Assembly (NCBI GenBank): GCA_001805965.1
Contig: MHHG01000072.1
Location: 429 to 64,428, forward strand
Source: Omnitrophica WOR_2 bacterium RIFOXYA2_FULL_38_17
Lineage (GTDB): Bacteria; Omnitrophota; Gorgyraeia; Zapsychrales; Zapsychraceae
Reading direction: 5' to 3'
DNA: 64,000 bases
In this document: positions 27,481-37,134 of the stretch, one piece after another
Numbering within the stretch: position 1 is the stretch's first letter
Layout of the letters: every line of letters begins with the position of its first letter
Translations under genes and position numbers: made by a program
Notes under the pieces: generated by a model
What the model was told of the DNA's origin: nothing
Seen by the model: the letters and a program-made list of their open reading frames with translations, nothing else
Database searches by the model: none

Positions 27481-28932
27481 ATGAGTGGTTTATTCGGTGC
27501 TGTGTCGCAAAAAGATTGTGTTAAGACATTGTTTTATGGAATAGATTATCATTCTCACTTGGGAACAGAGTATGGGGGGATGGTTGTTTTAGGAGATGAT
27601 TTTGAAAGACATATACATGACATTAGTAAAAGCCAATTCAAATCGAAATTTTATGATGATTACAAAGGGCTAAAAGGCAATAAGGGCATTGGTGTTATCA
27701 GCGATTGTGACCCACAGCCAATTTATTTACATTCAAAATTTGGACCTTATTGTATTGTTACGACAGGATTTATAGAGAATAAAAAGGAGCTGGAAGAATA
27801 CCTTTTCAGAAAAGGAATTTCTTTTAGCGAGGTTTCTTCAACAGGTGTAAATATGACGGAGCTAATAGCGAAGCTTGTCAGCTTAGGTGAAAATATTGTT
27901 GAAGGTATTGAAAAAATGTTTGAAATGATCGAAGGCTCATGCTCTTTGCTGATCTTGACCAAGGATGGCATATATGCTGCGCGCGATAGATTAGGGTATA
28001 CACCTCTCGTTATAGGGAAAAAGGACGATGAATGGGTTGTTGCCTCTGAGAGCAATTCCTTTTGTAACTTTGGATATAAATTGAAGAAGTTCTTGATGCC
28101 TGGGGAAATAATCTTGATCAATGAAGATGGAATATCCGTAAAAAACAAAGGGACAGAAGATAGCCAGATATGTGCCTTCTTGTGGATATACACGGGTTTT
28201 CCTGCAGCGTATTATGAAGGGATAAATGTTGAAACTGTTAGAGAAAATTGCGGAAGGGCTTTAGCAATGAAGGATAAGGATATCAAGGCTGATGTTGTTT
28301 CAGGTGTTCCTGATTCTGGAACTGCTCATGCAATAGGTTATGCTATGGAATCGGGAGTTCCTTATCGCAGGCCGCTGATAAAATATACTCCGGGATATGG
28401 CAGAAGTTATACTCCTCCCAGCCAGGAAACAAGAGACCTTGTTGCAACAATGAAGCTTATTGCTATTGATGATATTATTAAAGGAAACAGGCTTATTGTT
28501 TGTGATGACTCCATTGTTCGTGGCACACAGCTAAAGAATTATCTTGTTAAGAAATTGGAAAATGCAGGAGCAAAAGAGATACATGTTAGACCGGCTTGCC
28601 CGCCGCTTATGTTCCCCTGTAAGTTCTGCCTTTCAACCCGAAGCATAAATGAGCTTGCTGCCAGGAAAGCTATTAAAGCAATTGAAGGGAAAGATATAGA
28701 TGATGTTTCTGGATATATCGATGCTAACAGTGAAAAATATAAAAAAATGGTCGATTGGATAGAAAAAGACCTGGGTGTTACAACTCTAAGATTTCAGGAT
28801 ATTGAAGATATGGTCAAGGCTATTGGTTTGCCGCGCGAAAAATTATGTTTATACTGCTGGACCGGAGAGTGTCCTTCAAAAAGAGAAAAAAATGATACTA
28901 AAGTTAAGCAAGAACCATGTTTGACAAAATAA
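27481..28932 (+). CDS. amidophosphoribosyltransferase (PurF)-like protein with Ser in place of the N-terminal Cys nucleophile
   Basis: MSGLFGAV...FYGIDYHSHLGTEYGGM aligns to the PurF MCGIVGI.../YYGLHSLQHRGQEGAGI Ntn-glutaminase start, with Cys1 replaced by Ser. In-frame stop sits immediately upstream of the ATG. PRTase motif LIVCDDSIVRGTQL. C-terminal Cys cluster (CPPLMFPCKFC...CLYCWTGEC) like the [4Fe-4S] site of B. subtilis-type PurF. Confidence 0.7.
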   Translation: MSGLFGAVSQKDCVKTLFYGIDYHSHLGTEYGGMVVLGDDFERHIHDISKSQFKSKFYDDYKGLKGNKGIGVISDCDPQPIYLHSKFGPYCIVTTGFIENKKELEEYLFRKGISFSEVSSTGVNMTELIAKLVSLGENIVEGIEKMFEMIEGSCSLLILTKDGIYAARDRLGYTPLVIGKKDDEWVVASESNSFCNFGYKLKKFLMPGEIILINEDGISVKNKGTEDSQICAFLWIYTGFPAAYYEGINVETVRENCGRALAMKDKDIKADVVSGVPDSGTAHAIGYAMESGVPYRRPLIKYTPGYGRSYTPPSQETRDLVATMKLIAIDDIIKGNRLIVCDDSIVRGTQLKNYLVKKLENAGAKEIHVRPACPPLMFPCKFCLSTRSINELAARKAIKAIEGKDIDDVSGYIDANSEKYKKMVDWIEKDLGVTTLRFQDIEDMVKAIGLPREKLCLYCWTGECPSKREKNDTKVKQEPCLTK

Positions 28933-28935
28933 ACA

Positions 28936-29544
28936 ATGCATTTACAGCCGTTTAAATTAAATACCAGCCTAGAAGCTTTAACAAGCACAATTGAGACAGA
29001 TAATGAGATTGCTAATTGGTTTTATTATTTGTTATCAGAATCGTCGCTAGAAAATGAATTTGGAAAAGGTTCTCAGTTCTCGGCTGAACTTGCACATTTG
29101 CGCCAGAAAGTTCTTTTACAAAACTCAGCTAAAATTACGGTTATACTATTTTTGATCATTGTGATCTTCTGGGGGAGAATAGAACATTTCTTGGCGTTTA
29201 TACCTATGGCGGTATTGTTTATTATTAATGATAAAAACATCAAAAAAGATATCGCGAAGTTAAGTCAAAGTGTTCTATTGCGGGATTTTATAGATAATGA
29301 TTTTCAGGATAAATCCTTATATCAGATAGGTGAGAATTATAGCAAGAAATACAGTATTGCTTCTTTGGTCAAAATACAGTTTTTCTCAGTGAATTTTGTC
29401 CGGATAGTGTTCGTGTCTTCGGTTATTGTTTTTGCTTTTGCCGTTCCTTTAAAAATTCTGCAGAGCTATACATTAATAGCCACGCTTTTTTATGCGGCTC
29501 AGGTAATAACAGGTTTTCATTTTATATTCAATAGAATGAAGTAG
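28936..29544 (+). CDS. hypothetical membrane protein (202 aa)
   Basis: ORF with 3-4 predicted TM helices (ITVILFLIIVIFWG, LAFIPMAVLFIIN, IVFVSSVIVFAFAV). No family recognised. Its 3' end overlaps the convergent radical-SAM gene by 28 nt. Confidence 0.4.
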   Translation: MHLQPFKLNTSLEALTSTIETDNEIANWFYYLLSESSLENEFGKGSQFSAELAHLRQKVLLQNSAKITVILFLIIVIFWGRIEHFLAFIPMAVLFIINDKNIKKDIAKLSQSVLLRDFIDNDFQDKSLYQIGENYSKKYSIASLVKIQFFSVNFVRIVFVSSVIVFAFAVPLKILQSYTLIATLFYAAQVITGFHFIFNRMK

Positions 29545-31445
29545 AGTTTTATTGATATTGTTATTATTGTGACGCTGAATAGTGTAAGAAAAGATATAAT
29601 CAGCCCGCCAGAAGAGGCCGTAAGGTTTATAAAGCTATAGACTAATGGGAACAATCGGGTAACTGTTGAGCTTTTGAGATTGTTATGCTTGAAAACCATA
29701 TAAGAGAGGGAATATCGACGCCAGTTAAGGTTTGTAATGCGGTTTTCAGATGACACTTTATTGTAAAATTTGCTTCCAGGAAGAGGGGTAAGCAGCGAGG
29801 TTGATGAATATTCAGGCATAATTGCCAGGCTGAATTTCCATATATCGAATATATTTCTTAGGGTGTCGTTCTCAAACCCAAAGATAAATTGTGCTTTAAC
29901 TTTTATGCCAAGTTTTTGTATTTTTTTTGTAAATTCAACATATTTATCTGCCATTGAATATTTGCCTTTTTTTTCTTTTTCTTTTGAACCTGCGATAATT
30001 TCATAACCAAACAGCATTGAAGTACAGCCACTTTCCTTTGCAAGCCTTAAGGCTTCATCATCTTTAGCAATGTCTATCGTGCATTGCATTCTCCATGTAA
30101 TATTCAATTTCTTCATTTCAGCAAATAATTCTTTTGCATATTGAGGGTTGTTAAATAGATTTGTGTCGATAAACCCCAAATGCTTATATTGTGTTTTTGC
30201 TTTATTTAATAGCGCGATAACATCTGCAATAGGGCGTTTGTAAATTGCCGCATTGCTTAAGTAGGGCACAGAACAGAAGTCACATTGAAATTTGCATCCG
30301 CGAGTGGTTTCAAGATATCCAGCGATATCTTGAGGGGATAGATCTAAAAGTGCAGCATTTACCTTATGATGATCTTCCTCGGAAATAGGCTTAAAATACT
30401 TTTGCTTTAAACTGTCATTCTCGTAATCTTGTATTATATCTGGCCAAACAGATTCACAGTCCCCGATAACAACAGAGTCACAATACTCCAGAGCTTCATC
30501 AGGAAGGCAACTTATATGCGGACCACCCATAACTACTTTTGAACCGGCATCTTTAAACCCTTTGGCAATGGCATATGCTTCGAAGGCATTAGATGTAAAG
30601 CATGTTATTGCAACCAGCTTATTTTTCCGGAAATATCTTTTTCTCCAATAAAGACGGTTGAATTCCCGGATCTTATAGTGTTTGGGAGTGATCGCCTTGA
30701 ATATTGCGAAAACTGAAGCAGGAGGAAGCCCTGAAAATTTAAAGGCGAACCCGGATATTATCCCGCCATTTATTGGATTCACTAAGAACAATTCTTTTTG
30801 GGACTCATTATGCGCAGCTATTTCCGGATAATGATCAAGAATCAATGCTGTAAAGTAGGAGAACATTATAAGTTGTAAATAAATTGAACAAAATCTCATT
30901 ATATTAAGCAGCATGGGGCTGGATATGTATGAGTTAATAATTATGTTTTCGCAAAAAATATTTAATAAATATAAGAATGCTATGACAACAGTATTTCTGC
31001 TGGATAGTTTAAATTTTCTATTTGATATATTTAAGGGTTTTAAATATTTGTCGCGTATCATCAAATTGCTTAATAAATAGTAGATTATCAGGCTGAACAT
31101 GGCATATGCAATGTTGAAAGGCATGATTTCAAATATGCCGATCGTAATAAAAGATATGAAGTAGATTGCAAAAGGGCATATTGAAAAAAGAAGCAATAAT
31201 ATCCAATAATGATTTGCATTTCTAAAAATGGATTCTTTATTGAAAACAATATTTTCTTTGCTTGTTACTTCAACAATTGCCCCGAATATACCACTTAGAA
31301 AGTAAGATTTAAGAAAAGGAAAAATTATAATGTTAAGATTTATCAGTGGTTGGTAGGTGATAGTTCCATAAAGATTATCTGCCAGATAAACAAAAAAAAC
31401 AAAGATCAATGCTGAGTTTATTATTTTTAGAATCTTTGAGAACAT
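29517..31445 (-). CDS. membrane-embedded B12-binding-domain radical SAM protein (class B rSAM fused to N-terminal polytopic domain)
   Basis: N-terminal ~240 aa has ~6 TM helices. Then a B12-binding Rossmann-like segment (LVAITCFTSNAFEAYAIAKGFKDAGSKVVMGGPH) and the radical-SAM motif TTRGCKFQCDFCSVPY (CxxxCxxC). A C-terminal TM helix follows. Confidence 0.7.
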   Translation of the reverse strand: MFSKILKIINSALIFVFFVYLADNLYGTITYQPLINLNIIIFPFLKSYFLSGIFGAIVEVTSKENIVFNKESIFRNANHYWILLLLFSICPFAIYFISFITIGIFEIMPFNIAYAMFSLIIYYLLSNLMIRDKYLKPLNISNRKFKLSSRNTVVIAFLYLLNIFCENIIINSYISSPMLLNIMRFCSIYLQLIMFSYFTALILDHYPEIAAHNESQKELFLVNPINGGIISGFAFKFSGLPPASVFAIFKAITPKHYKIREFNRLYWRKRYFRKNKLVAITCFTSNAFEAYAIAKGFKDAGSKVVMGGPHISCLPDEALEYCDSVVIGDCESVWPDIIQDYENDSLKQKYFKPISEEDHHKVNAALLDLSPQDIAGYLETTRGCKFQCDFCSVPYLSNAAIYKRPIADVIALLNKAKTQYKHLGFIDTNLFNNPQYAKELFAEMKKLNITWRMQCTIDIAKDDEALRLAKESGCTSMLFGYEIIAGSKEKEKKGKYSMADKYVEFTKKIQKLGIKVKAQFIFGFENDTLRNIFDIWKFSLAIMPEYSSTSLLTPLPGSKFYNKVSSENRITNLNWRRYSLSYMVFKHNNLKSSTVTRLFPLVYSFINLTASSGGLIISFLTLFSVTIITISIKLYFILLNIK

Positions 31446-31748
31446 ATTGGCGGTATTTTTACTATTTGTTTATTTGGGTTGATTTGTTTTAAAACCCATC
31501 GTTAAATACTATACATTAGTTTACGTTGATTTATTTAAAGATTCAATCTATGATTTTAAATACTGATATTTGCGAACAAGAATGGTTTTTTAAATAAATC
31601 CGGAAAATGGCTTTATGCGAAATGTGTAAATAGCTGTAATTTAACGATATATGTAGTAAAATAGCAAATAATTAAATTTCCGAAACTTTTGTTTTATTTT
31701 TGTGTTTAAAGAAATGAACCAGGTAACAAAGTGGAAAGGGAGGTAAAG

Positions 31749-32612
31749 ATGATGAAAATAAAAGTTTTATTAATTGCAGGGATCTTGATCTTTTCTGGCG
31801 GGATTTTGTATGCTCAGGAAGAGGCTGTTGAAACAGATTTAAGAGAAGAACACAAAGACTATGTTCAAAATCAGAAAGATGAGAAGCAGAAGTGGCAGGA
31901 AGATTTTAACGCTAGAAGGAAAGCAGCTTTAGATGAGTATAAAGCTCAAGGATTATCACAAAAAGAAATACAAGAGAAGATGCAGGAATTTCGTGATGAA
32001 AAGGGTGCATATATAAAGAGTAAAAATCAAGAAAGACGTGAGTATATGAAGGAACAGAGAGAGAATAATCCGGGTCAGGGAAGGACTGCTGCAGAAAGAA
32101 AAAGAGATCATATAGAGGAAAAATTAGATAGAAAAGAAGATGTAATAGATAAAAGTGAAAATAGGTGGGATAGAAGAGAGGATGTTAGGGATAGGAATGA
32201 GGATAAACGTGACAGAAGGGAAGATGTTCGTGATAGAACAGAGGATGTCAGAGATTCAAAGAATGATGAAATAAAAGAAAAGAGGTTGGGTGACTTGCAG
32301 GGACGTTATACAAATTCAAATGACCCAGAACAGCAAAAAAGATTAGAAAAGCGAATAGGAAGATTAGAAAAGAACATAAAGAGAGATAAGAAAGAAGATG
32401 TTTTGGATAAACGGGAAGATGTCAAAGATAGACGAGAAGATGTTAGAGATAAAAGAGAAGATAAAAGAGATAAGAAGGAAAATGTTAGGGACCGTAGGGA
32501 GAATCGAAGAGATCGAAGAGAGGATTTTAGTCATAAATCTCCAAGATCTGACAGAAAACAGGGTCAAATTCGTAAGAATGTCCATAATAGTAGGGTTCGT
32601 AAAAATAAATAA
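31749..32612 (+). CDS. secreted highly charged repeat protein (REDVRDR-type low-complexity repeats)
   Basis: GGGAGG RBS precedes ATG 31749. Signal peptide MMKIKVLLIAGILIFSGGILYAQE. Body is ~60% K/R/E/D with iterated (K/R)EDV(R/K)D(R/K) units. Confidence 0.6.
   Translation: MMKIKVLLIAGILIFSGGILYAQEEAVETDLREEHKDYVQNQKDEKQKWQEDFNARRKAALDEYKAQGLSQKEIQEKMQEFRDEKGAYIKSKNQERREYMKEQRENNPGQGRTAAERKRDHIEEKLDRKEDVIDKSENRWDRREDVRDRNEDKRDRREDVRDRTEDVRDSKNDEIKEKRLGDLQGRYTNSNDPEQQKRLEKRIGRLEKNIKRDKKEDVLDKREDVKDRREDVRDKREDKRDKKENVRDRRENRRDRREDFSHKSPRSDRKQGQIRKNVHNSRVRKNK
32140..32540 (+). repeat. tandem degenerate 27-nt / nonapeptide coding repeats (R-E-D-V-R-D-R-x-E)
   Basis: Recurring gaagatgt(t/c)(a/c)g(g/a)gata(g/a) units at DNA level encode REDVRDRNE, DKRDRREDV, RDRTEDVRD, KREDVKDRR, EDVRDKRED ... 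Confidence 0.55.
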
Positions 32613-32772
32613 GGAAAAAAAGAAACTTTCAGCAAAAAATAATCCCTATTGAACATATGTTCAATAGGGATTATTTTTGCATATTTTTAAATATATCTTG
32701 TAATTATTTTGAACATGAATTAATCTAAGCAAAAAGAAGAGAAGTAATAATCAGTTTAAGAAAGGATTTGAT

Positions 32773-33162
32773 ATGAGTTTAAATAGCGTAAATATCATGG
32801 GAAACCTTACCAGGGATCCAGAGATGAAATATACTTCATCGGGACGTGCCGTTTGCAATTTATCAATTGCAAATAATAGAATATTTTCAAAAAACGGCGA
32901 AAAGGTTACAGAAGTTTCTTTCTTTGATATAGAAGTTTGGGGTGTTATTGCTGAAAATTGTTCAAAGTACCTATCAAAAGGTAGCGGAATCATTGTTGAA
33001 GGCCGTTTAAGGCAGGATCGCTGGGAAAAAGACGGAAAAACACAGAGCAGGGTTAGGATAGCAGCCAATAATGTACATTTTTTACCAAGGAAAAAAGATG
33101 ATAGTAGCGTGGAAGTCCCTAATGATGCACCAGTATCAGATGATATTGCCTGGGATGATTAG
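32773..33162 (+). CDS. ssb: single-stranded DNA-binding protein (short form, 129 aa)
   Basis: OB-fold SSB signature: VNIMGNLTRDPEMKYTSSGRAVCNLSIA...FFDIEVWG..AE......KGSGIIVEGRLRQDRWEKDGKTQSRVRI.A. Acidic C-terminal tail ...SDDIAWDD. Confidence 0.75.
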   Translation: MSLNSVNIMGNLTRDPEMKYTSSGRAVCNLSIANNRIFSKNGEKVTEVSFFDIEVWGVIAENCSKYLSKGSGIIVEGRLRQDRWEKDGKTQSRVRIAANNVHFLPRKKDDSSVEVPNDAPVSDDIAWDD

Positions 33163-33174
33163 GAGAAGTGTTTG

Positions 33175-33552
33175 TTAGCTGTTTACAGCAAGAAGTTCGT
33201 TGACAGCTTTTAATATATCTTCAGTTGCAAATGGTTTCGTAAAAGAATATTTAACGCTTGATAGCATTTTTGTTGATTCAAGGTAGTCGTTAGCATTTCC
33301 TCTGCCGCCACCAGATATAGCTATTACCTTTAGTAGCGGAAACTCTTTTCCAAGTTCGTAGATTGTATCAACCCCGTCCTTCTCCGGCATAATTATATCA
33401 GTTATAACTAAGTCGGCGGGTTCCTGGCGATAAATATCAATTCCTTCACGGCCATTGGAAGCAACTACTACCTCATAATTTTTTCTTTCTAGCAGCTCTT
33501 TTAACATTTCTCTTACGTCATCATCATCATCTATGACTAATATTCTTGCCAT
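33175..33552 (-). CDS. stand-alone response-regulator receiver (CheY-like, 125 aa)
   Basis: MARILVIDDDDDVREML...DLVITDIIMP...AISGGG...KP: acidic pocket DD, phospho-acceptor Asp in LVITD, conserved Ser/Thr and Lys-Pro. No output domain. Confidence 0.85.
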   Translation of the reverse strand: MARILVIDDDDDVREMLKELLERKNYEVVVASNGREGIDIYRQEPADLVITDIIMPEKDGVDTIYELGKEFPLLKVIAISGGGRGNANDYLESTKMLSSVKYSFTKPFATEDILKAVNELLAVNS

Positions 33553-33595
33553 TTAGTTCTCCTTTTATATCTTTTAAGATATTCAATAATAATTC

Positions 33596-35479
33596 TCAAA
33601 TTGCATTTGTTCTTGGTAAATATATCGTAAAGATAGTCCCTTTGCCTACTTCACTTTCAACAGTTATTTCCCCATTGTAACTTTTAATGATTCCCTGCAC
33701 CATTGATAATCCCAGGCCAGTACCTTTCCCGACTTCTTTAGTAGTGAAGAATGGTTCGAAGACCCTGTCAAGGGTATCCTTATCTATTCCATGTCCATTA
33801 TCTTCGATGCTTATTTTGACATAGTCACCCTCTTTTAGGTCCTTATGTCTTGAGGCAAGACCCACATCAATAGAGATCCTTGATAATGATATTTCAATAA
33901 ATCCATTTGGCTTATTCATTGAGTGTACGCTGTTTGTGCATATATTTAAGATAACATGTTGTATTTGATTTGAGTCAGCCAATACGTAGCCACAATTATT
34001 ATCAATGTTTTCTCTTATTTCTATTGCGCCTTTTACCGAGGCTTTAAACATGGACAATACCTCCTTAATAACAGGGGATATGGCAATATTTTGGGCCTCC
34101 TCTTTGTAGGATCTGCTATAAATAAGCATCTGCTGGGCTAATTTTTGTGCGCTAATAACACCTTTTATTACTTTTTGCAGATCGCTATGGGTGCGACTGT
34201 TTTGATCTGTATCATCGAGCGCCATTTCAGTATAGCCACGAATTGTGGCAAGGATGTTGTTAAAATTGTGTGCAATGCCGCTAGCCATAGTACCAATGGA
34301 CTCCATCTTTTGTGATTGTAAAAGTTGTCTTTGCAAGTTTTCTTTTTCGTCTGAGGCCTGTTTAGTTTTTGTTATATCTCGATTAACGCCTCTGTAACCT
34401 ACCATCTTACCTTCAGGATCCAGGATAGGTACTCCGGTAGTGACTATAATGATGTTGTTTCCATCTTTTCTTAATCCATAGTTAATGAAGTCTTTGATTT
34501 CTTTCTTGTTATGGAATGCTGTAAAAACCTTGGTCATAAATTCTTCTTTTTCATTAGGGGGATAGAAGTCGTAGAAGAATTTTCCTAAAATATACTCAGA
34601 TTTATACCCTAAAATATTCTCAACGGTATGATTAGAATAAACATATCTTCCTTGAGCATCTACTTCCCAGATCCAGTCGCCACTACTTTCGGCAACATCT
34701 CTAAAGCGCTGTTGTTCTTTCTCCAATATATTTATAGAAACCGTGGTATTTCTCAGGTCAGCAGTCATTTTGTTGATCGAGTCGGCTAATTCTCCGATTT
34801 CACTTTTATCATTAGATTCTACAATGTGGGATAATTTTCCTGCGCTGATCATTTTTACACCATGGACTAATGCGTTGATTGGTTGAGTGATTGATAAAGA
34901 TAAAAGATATGAGACCATAAGGCTTAGCATGATAAATACTGTAACTAAGAAAATGGATGATCTTGTTCTATTCATAACTTCTTTGTCAATTCTTTGAAGA
35001 GACATCCCAAGCTGAACGGCTCCAACTATTTCATTTTCATATATTACGGGTGTGAGAATTTCAAGCACAGGGATTCTTTTTTTGTCTCTTAGTAAAGAGG
35101 AGAGATATGTTTCTTGTGGAAGGGATTTAAGCGTTTGATTATCTTCAAAGGTCTCAATAATAAAGATTCTTGTTATTAATTTGGTGTTTAAATCCCCATA
35201 AATGCTCACGTATCCAATATCAGGATAAGTTTCTAATTTGTTAGCGGAATTATCAAGTAATAAAATATCTTCAATCAATACACCTTCTGCCACTTTTTTT
35301 GCAAATTCTGTTGCTAGAAGAAGCCCTCTGTTTCTAAAAGATTCAAGCATGTTCTGCCTTATATTGTTTAGCAGGAAGAAAGATGTTGCCCCCATAGAGA
35401 TAACTATTAGAGCAGCGATAATTACGAATATCCTAGTTTGTAGCCTGAGGCCTTTTATTTTAAATGAGGTATTTTTCAA
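33596..35479 (-). CDS. sensor histidine kinase (2 TM, periplasmic domain, HAMP, PAS, HisKA, HATPase_c)
   Basis: Two TM helices flank a ~150-aa periplasmic region. HAMP ([15 protein letters not shown]), PAS, H-box [12 protein letters not shown] box NLVxNSVHS-like ([12 protein letters not shown]), G1 DNGHGI, G2 GTGLGLS. Confidence 0.85.
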   Translation of the reverse strand: MKNTSFKIKGLRLQTRIFVIIAALIVISMGATSFFLLNNIRQNMLESFRNRGLLLATEFAKKVAEGVLIEDILLLDNSANKLETYPDIGYVSIYGDLNTKLITRIFIIETFEDNQTLKSLPQETYLSSLLRDKKRIPVLEILTPVIYENEIVGAVQLGMSLQRIDKEVMNRTRSSIFLVTVFIMLSLMVSYLLSLSITQPINALVHGVKMISAGKLSHIVESNDKSEIGELADSINKMTADLRNTTVSINILEKEQQRFRDVAESSGDWIWEVDAQGRYVYSNHTVENILGYKSEYILGKFFYDFYPPNEKEEFMTKVFTAFHNKKEIKDFINYGLRKDGNNIIIVTTGVPILDPEGKMVGYRGVNRDITKTKQASDEKENLQRQLLQSQKMESIGTMASGIAHNFNNILATIRGYTEMALDDTDQNSRTHSDLQKVIKGVISAQKLAQQMLIYSRSYKEEAQNIAISPVIKEVLSMFKASVKGAIEIRENIDNNCGYVLADSNQIQHVILNICTNSVHSMNKPNGFIEISLSRISIDVGLASRHKDLKEGDYVKISIEDNGHGIDKDTLDRVFEPFFTTKEVGKGTGLGLSMVQGIIKSYNGEITVESEVGKGTIFTIYLPRTNAI

Positions 35480-35517
35480 ATTTGTGCCTTATTGCCTTTT
35501 TTTATAAAAAATTATTT

Positions 35518-36828
35518 CTATTCATCTCCAAAAACTATCATAGCGCTGGATAAGGATCCATGAAAACAGCCATAGCCTTTTATATTGCCTTGTTCTCCGG
35601 AAGTAAAGCCTCCGATAAAAGGTTTTCCATTCATTTCTTTTTTCATTTCGAAAACTATTTTTTGCAATTCTTCAGGGTCCCTGCCTATTTGACCAAAGGC
35701 TGCAGACCTGGAATAAACATGAATTCCGCCAGCTAGAGTATTTTTCTTGACTCTTCCGTCTATCAACGCTTTTGTTATAATGGTTCCAGCCCGTATTATG
35801 TAGCCTTTTCTTGATGCTGAAGGATAGTATATTCTATCTCCTACTTTCATATCAATTCCTACAAGAAGGGTTTTGTCAGGGTATATTTCTGTCGGGAGCG
35901 TGACCGTAGTTACAGTTTTTTCCTCTCCCAGGTCATGTATTTTCACAATAGGTATTCTTCCGGCAGTTTCCCAAATAGCAAGGGGTGCTGTGAGGGCATT
36001 TATGTCGATATTATTAAAGAGACCGCCAGACCACTCATTGTAAACATCGAAAGCAGGAAGATTATCGATCATTTTTAAATGTTTGTTTGTGGGTCCTGTT
36101 TCAGTGACGATTCCAGATAGTTTTTTATCAATTCTGACGCCTGAGTGGTAGCCGACTCCGACCTTAGAATCAGCATAAAAGACGGCTAAAGCAAAACCGC
36201 CGTCAATTACATTGTTATTAGAAAAGACAGTTGAATTTGCAGGAGTTCCTCCCATAAGCTTTATTTCGTGACCGAAAAATTCTTCTATAGCTTCTAATAT
36301 TGGCTGCTCTTTTAATTTTGCAGGAGAAATTAAAATGAAGCTTGGTTTGTCTGAAATCGATTTTCCTGCATCCTTTACTGCAGAAATAATTGTTTGCGAA
36401 GTAATTTCTTTAATATCTTTCATTGTAGTCTTTTGGGACATGTCTGCTATGCCTAAGCCGATTTTCCAGGAGGGGGCCTCTATGCCTAGCATAGCCAAAG
36501 AACCTTTTTCCCCTTTATGTATACCTTCTTGAGTGAAGACAGCAAAAGAAACCTCTAAGCCAAACAATTTTGCGTCTTTAAAGGTCTCGCGTAGTTGTTC
36601 GATAATTATACTTTTGTCATATTCTGATTCAACCATAAGGTATATGAAATCTGGGTTGGGAATAGTTCTTTTAAGCATTTGAATTGCTTCATTAGCTGCT
36701 TTAGATTCTTCAATGTTTACGCTCCAGCCCGAACCAATTTTTACTTTAGCATGTGAAACGTTTGGTATAAGACAAAATACTGTTGAAGTTAATAAGGTAA
36801 TGAAGAGTGCCCTTAGAAGGCTTTTCAT
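35518..36828 (-). CDS. periplasmic FIST-like sensor-associated protein (436 aa)
   Basis: Signal peptide. C-terminal ...PFIGGFTSGEQGNIKGYGCFHGSLSSAMIVF resembles the FIST_C ending (G-F-x-S-x-G-E-I ... h-N-x-T). Heads a three-gene minus-strand unit with the HK and REC genes. Family call is tentative. Confidence 0.4.
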   Translation of the reverse strand: MKSLLRALFITLLTSTVFCLIPNVSHAKVKIGSGWSVNIEESKAANEAIQMLKRTIPNPDFIYLMVESEYDKSIIIEQLRETFKDAKLFGLEVSFAVFTQEGIHKGEKGSLAMLGIEAPSWKIGLGIADMSQKTTMKDIKEITSQTIISAVKDAGKSISDKPSFILISPAKLKEQPILEAIEEFFGHEIKLMGGTPANSTVFSNNNVIDGGFALAVFYADSKVGVGYHSGVRIDKKLSGIVTETGPTNKHLKMIDNLPAFDVYNEWSGGLFNNIDINALTAPLAIWETAGRIPIVKIHDLGEEKTVTTVTLPTEIYPDKTLLVGIDMKVGDRIYYPSASRKGYIIRAGTIITKALIDGRVKKNTLAGGIHVYSRSAAFGQIGRDPEELQKIVFEMKKEMNGKPFIGGFTSGEQGNIKGYGCFHGSLSSAMIVFGDE

Positions 36829-37134
36829 TGTGGCCTTTCTATTAAAAAGGAAAGAAATCTTATTTTCAGTTAAATTTATTTCTCAAAATATCTTAAATAA
36901 TATACCATGTTAATATTGTATGGATAAGTGTTTTTATTCAAAATATGATTTGAATTGTATATGAAATAAAGCAGATATGTTCTTGAATTTTGGGTTAGAA
37001 TCATCAGGATATCGTAACTATTATCATTGATATCTATAGAATAATAAAAGAATGTGTGGTAATATTTTAAATATTAGGAATTTAGTCATTAGACGAAAAT
37101 TGAGTGATTTTACAGGAGAATAGTATATTTTCTT

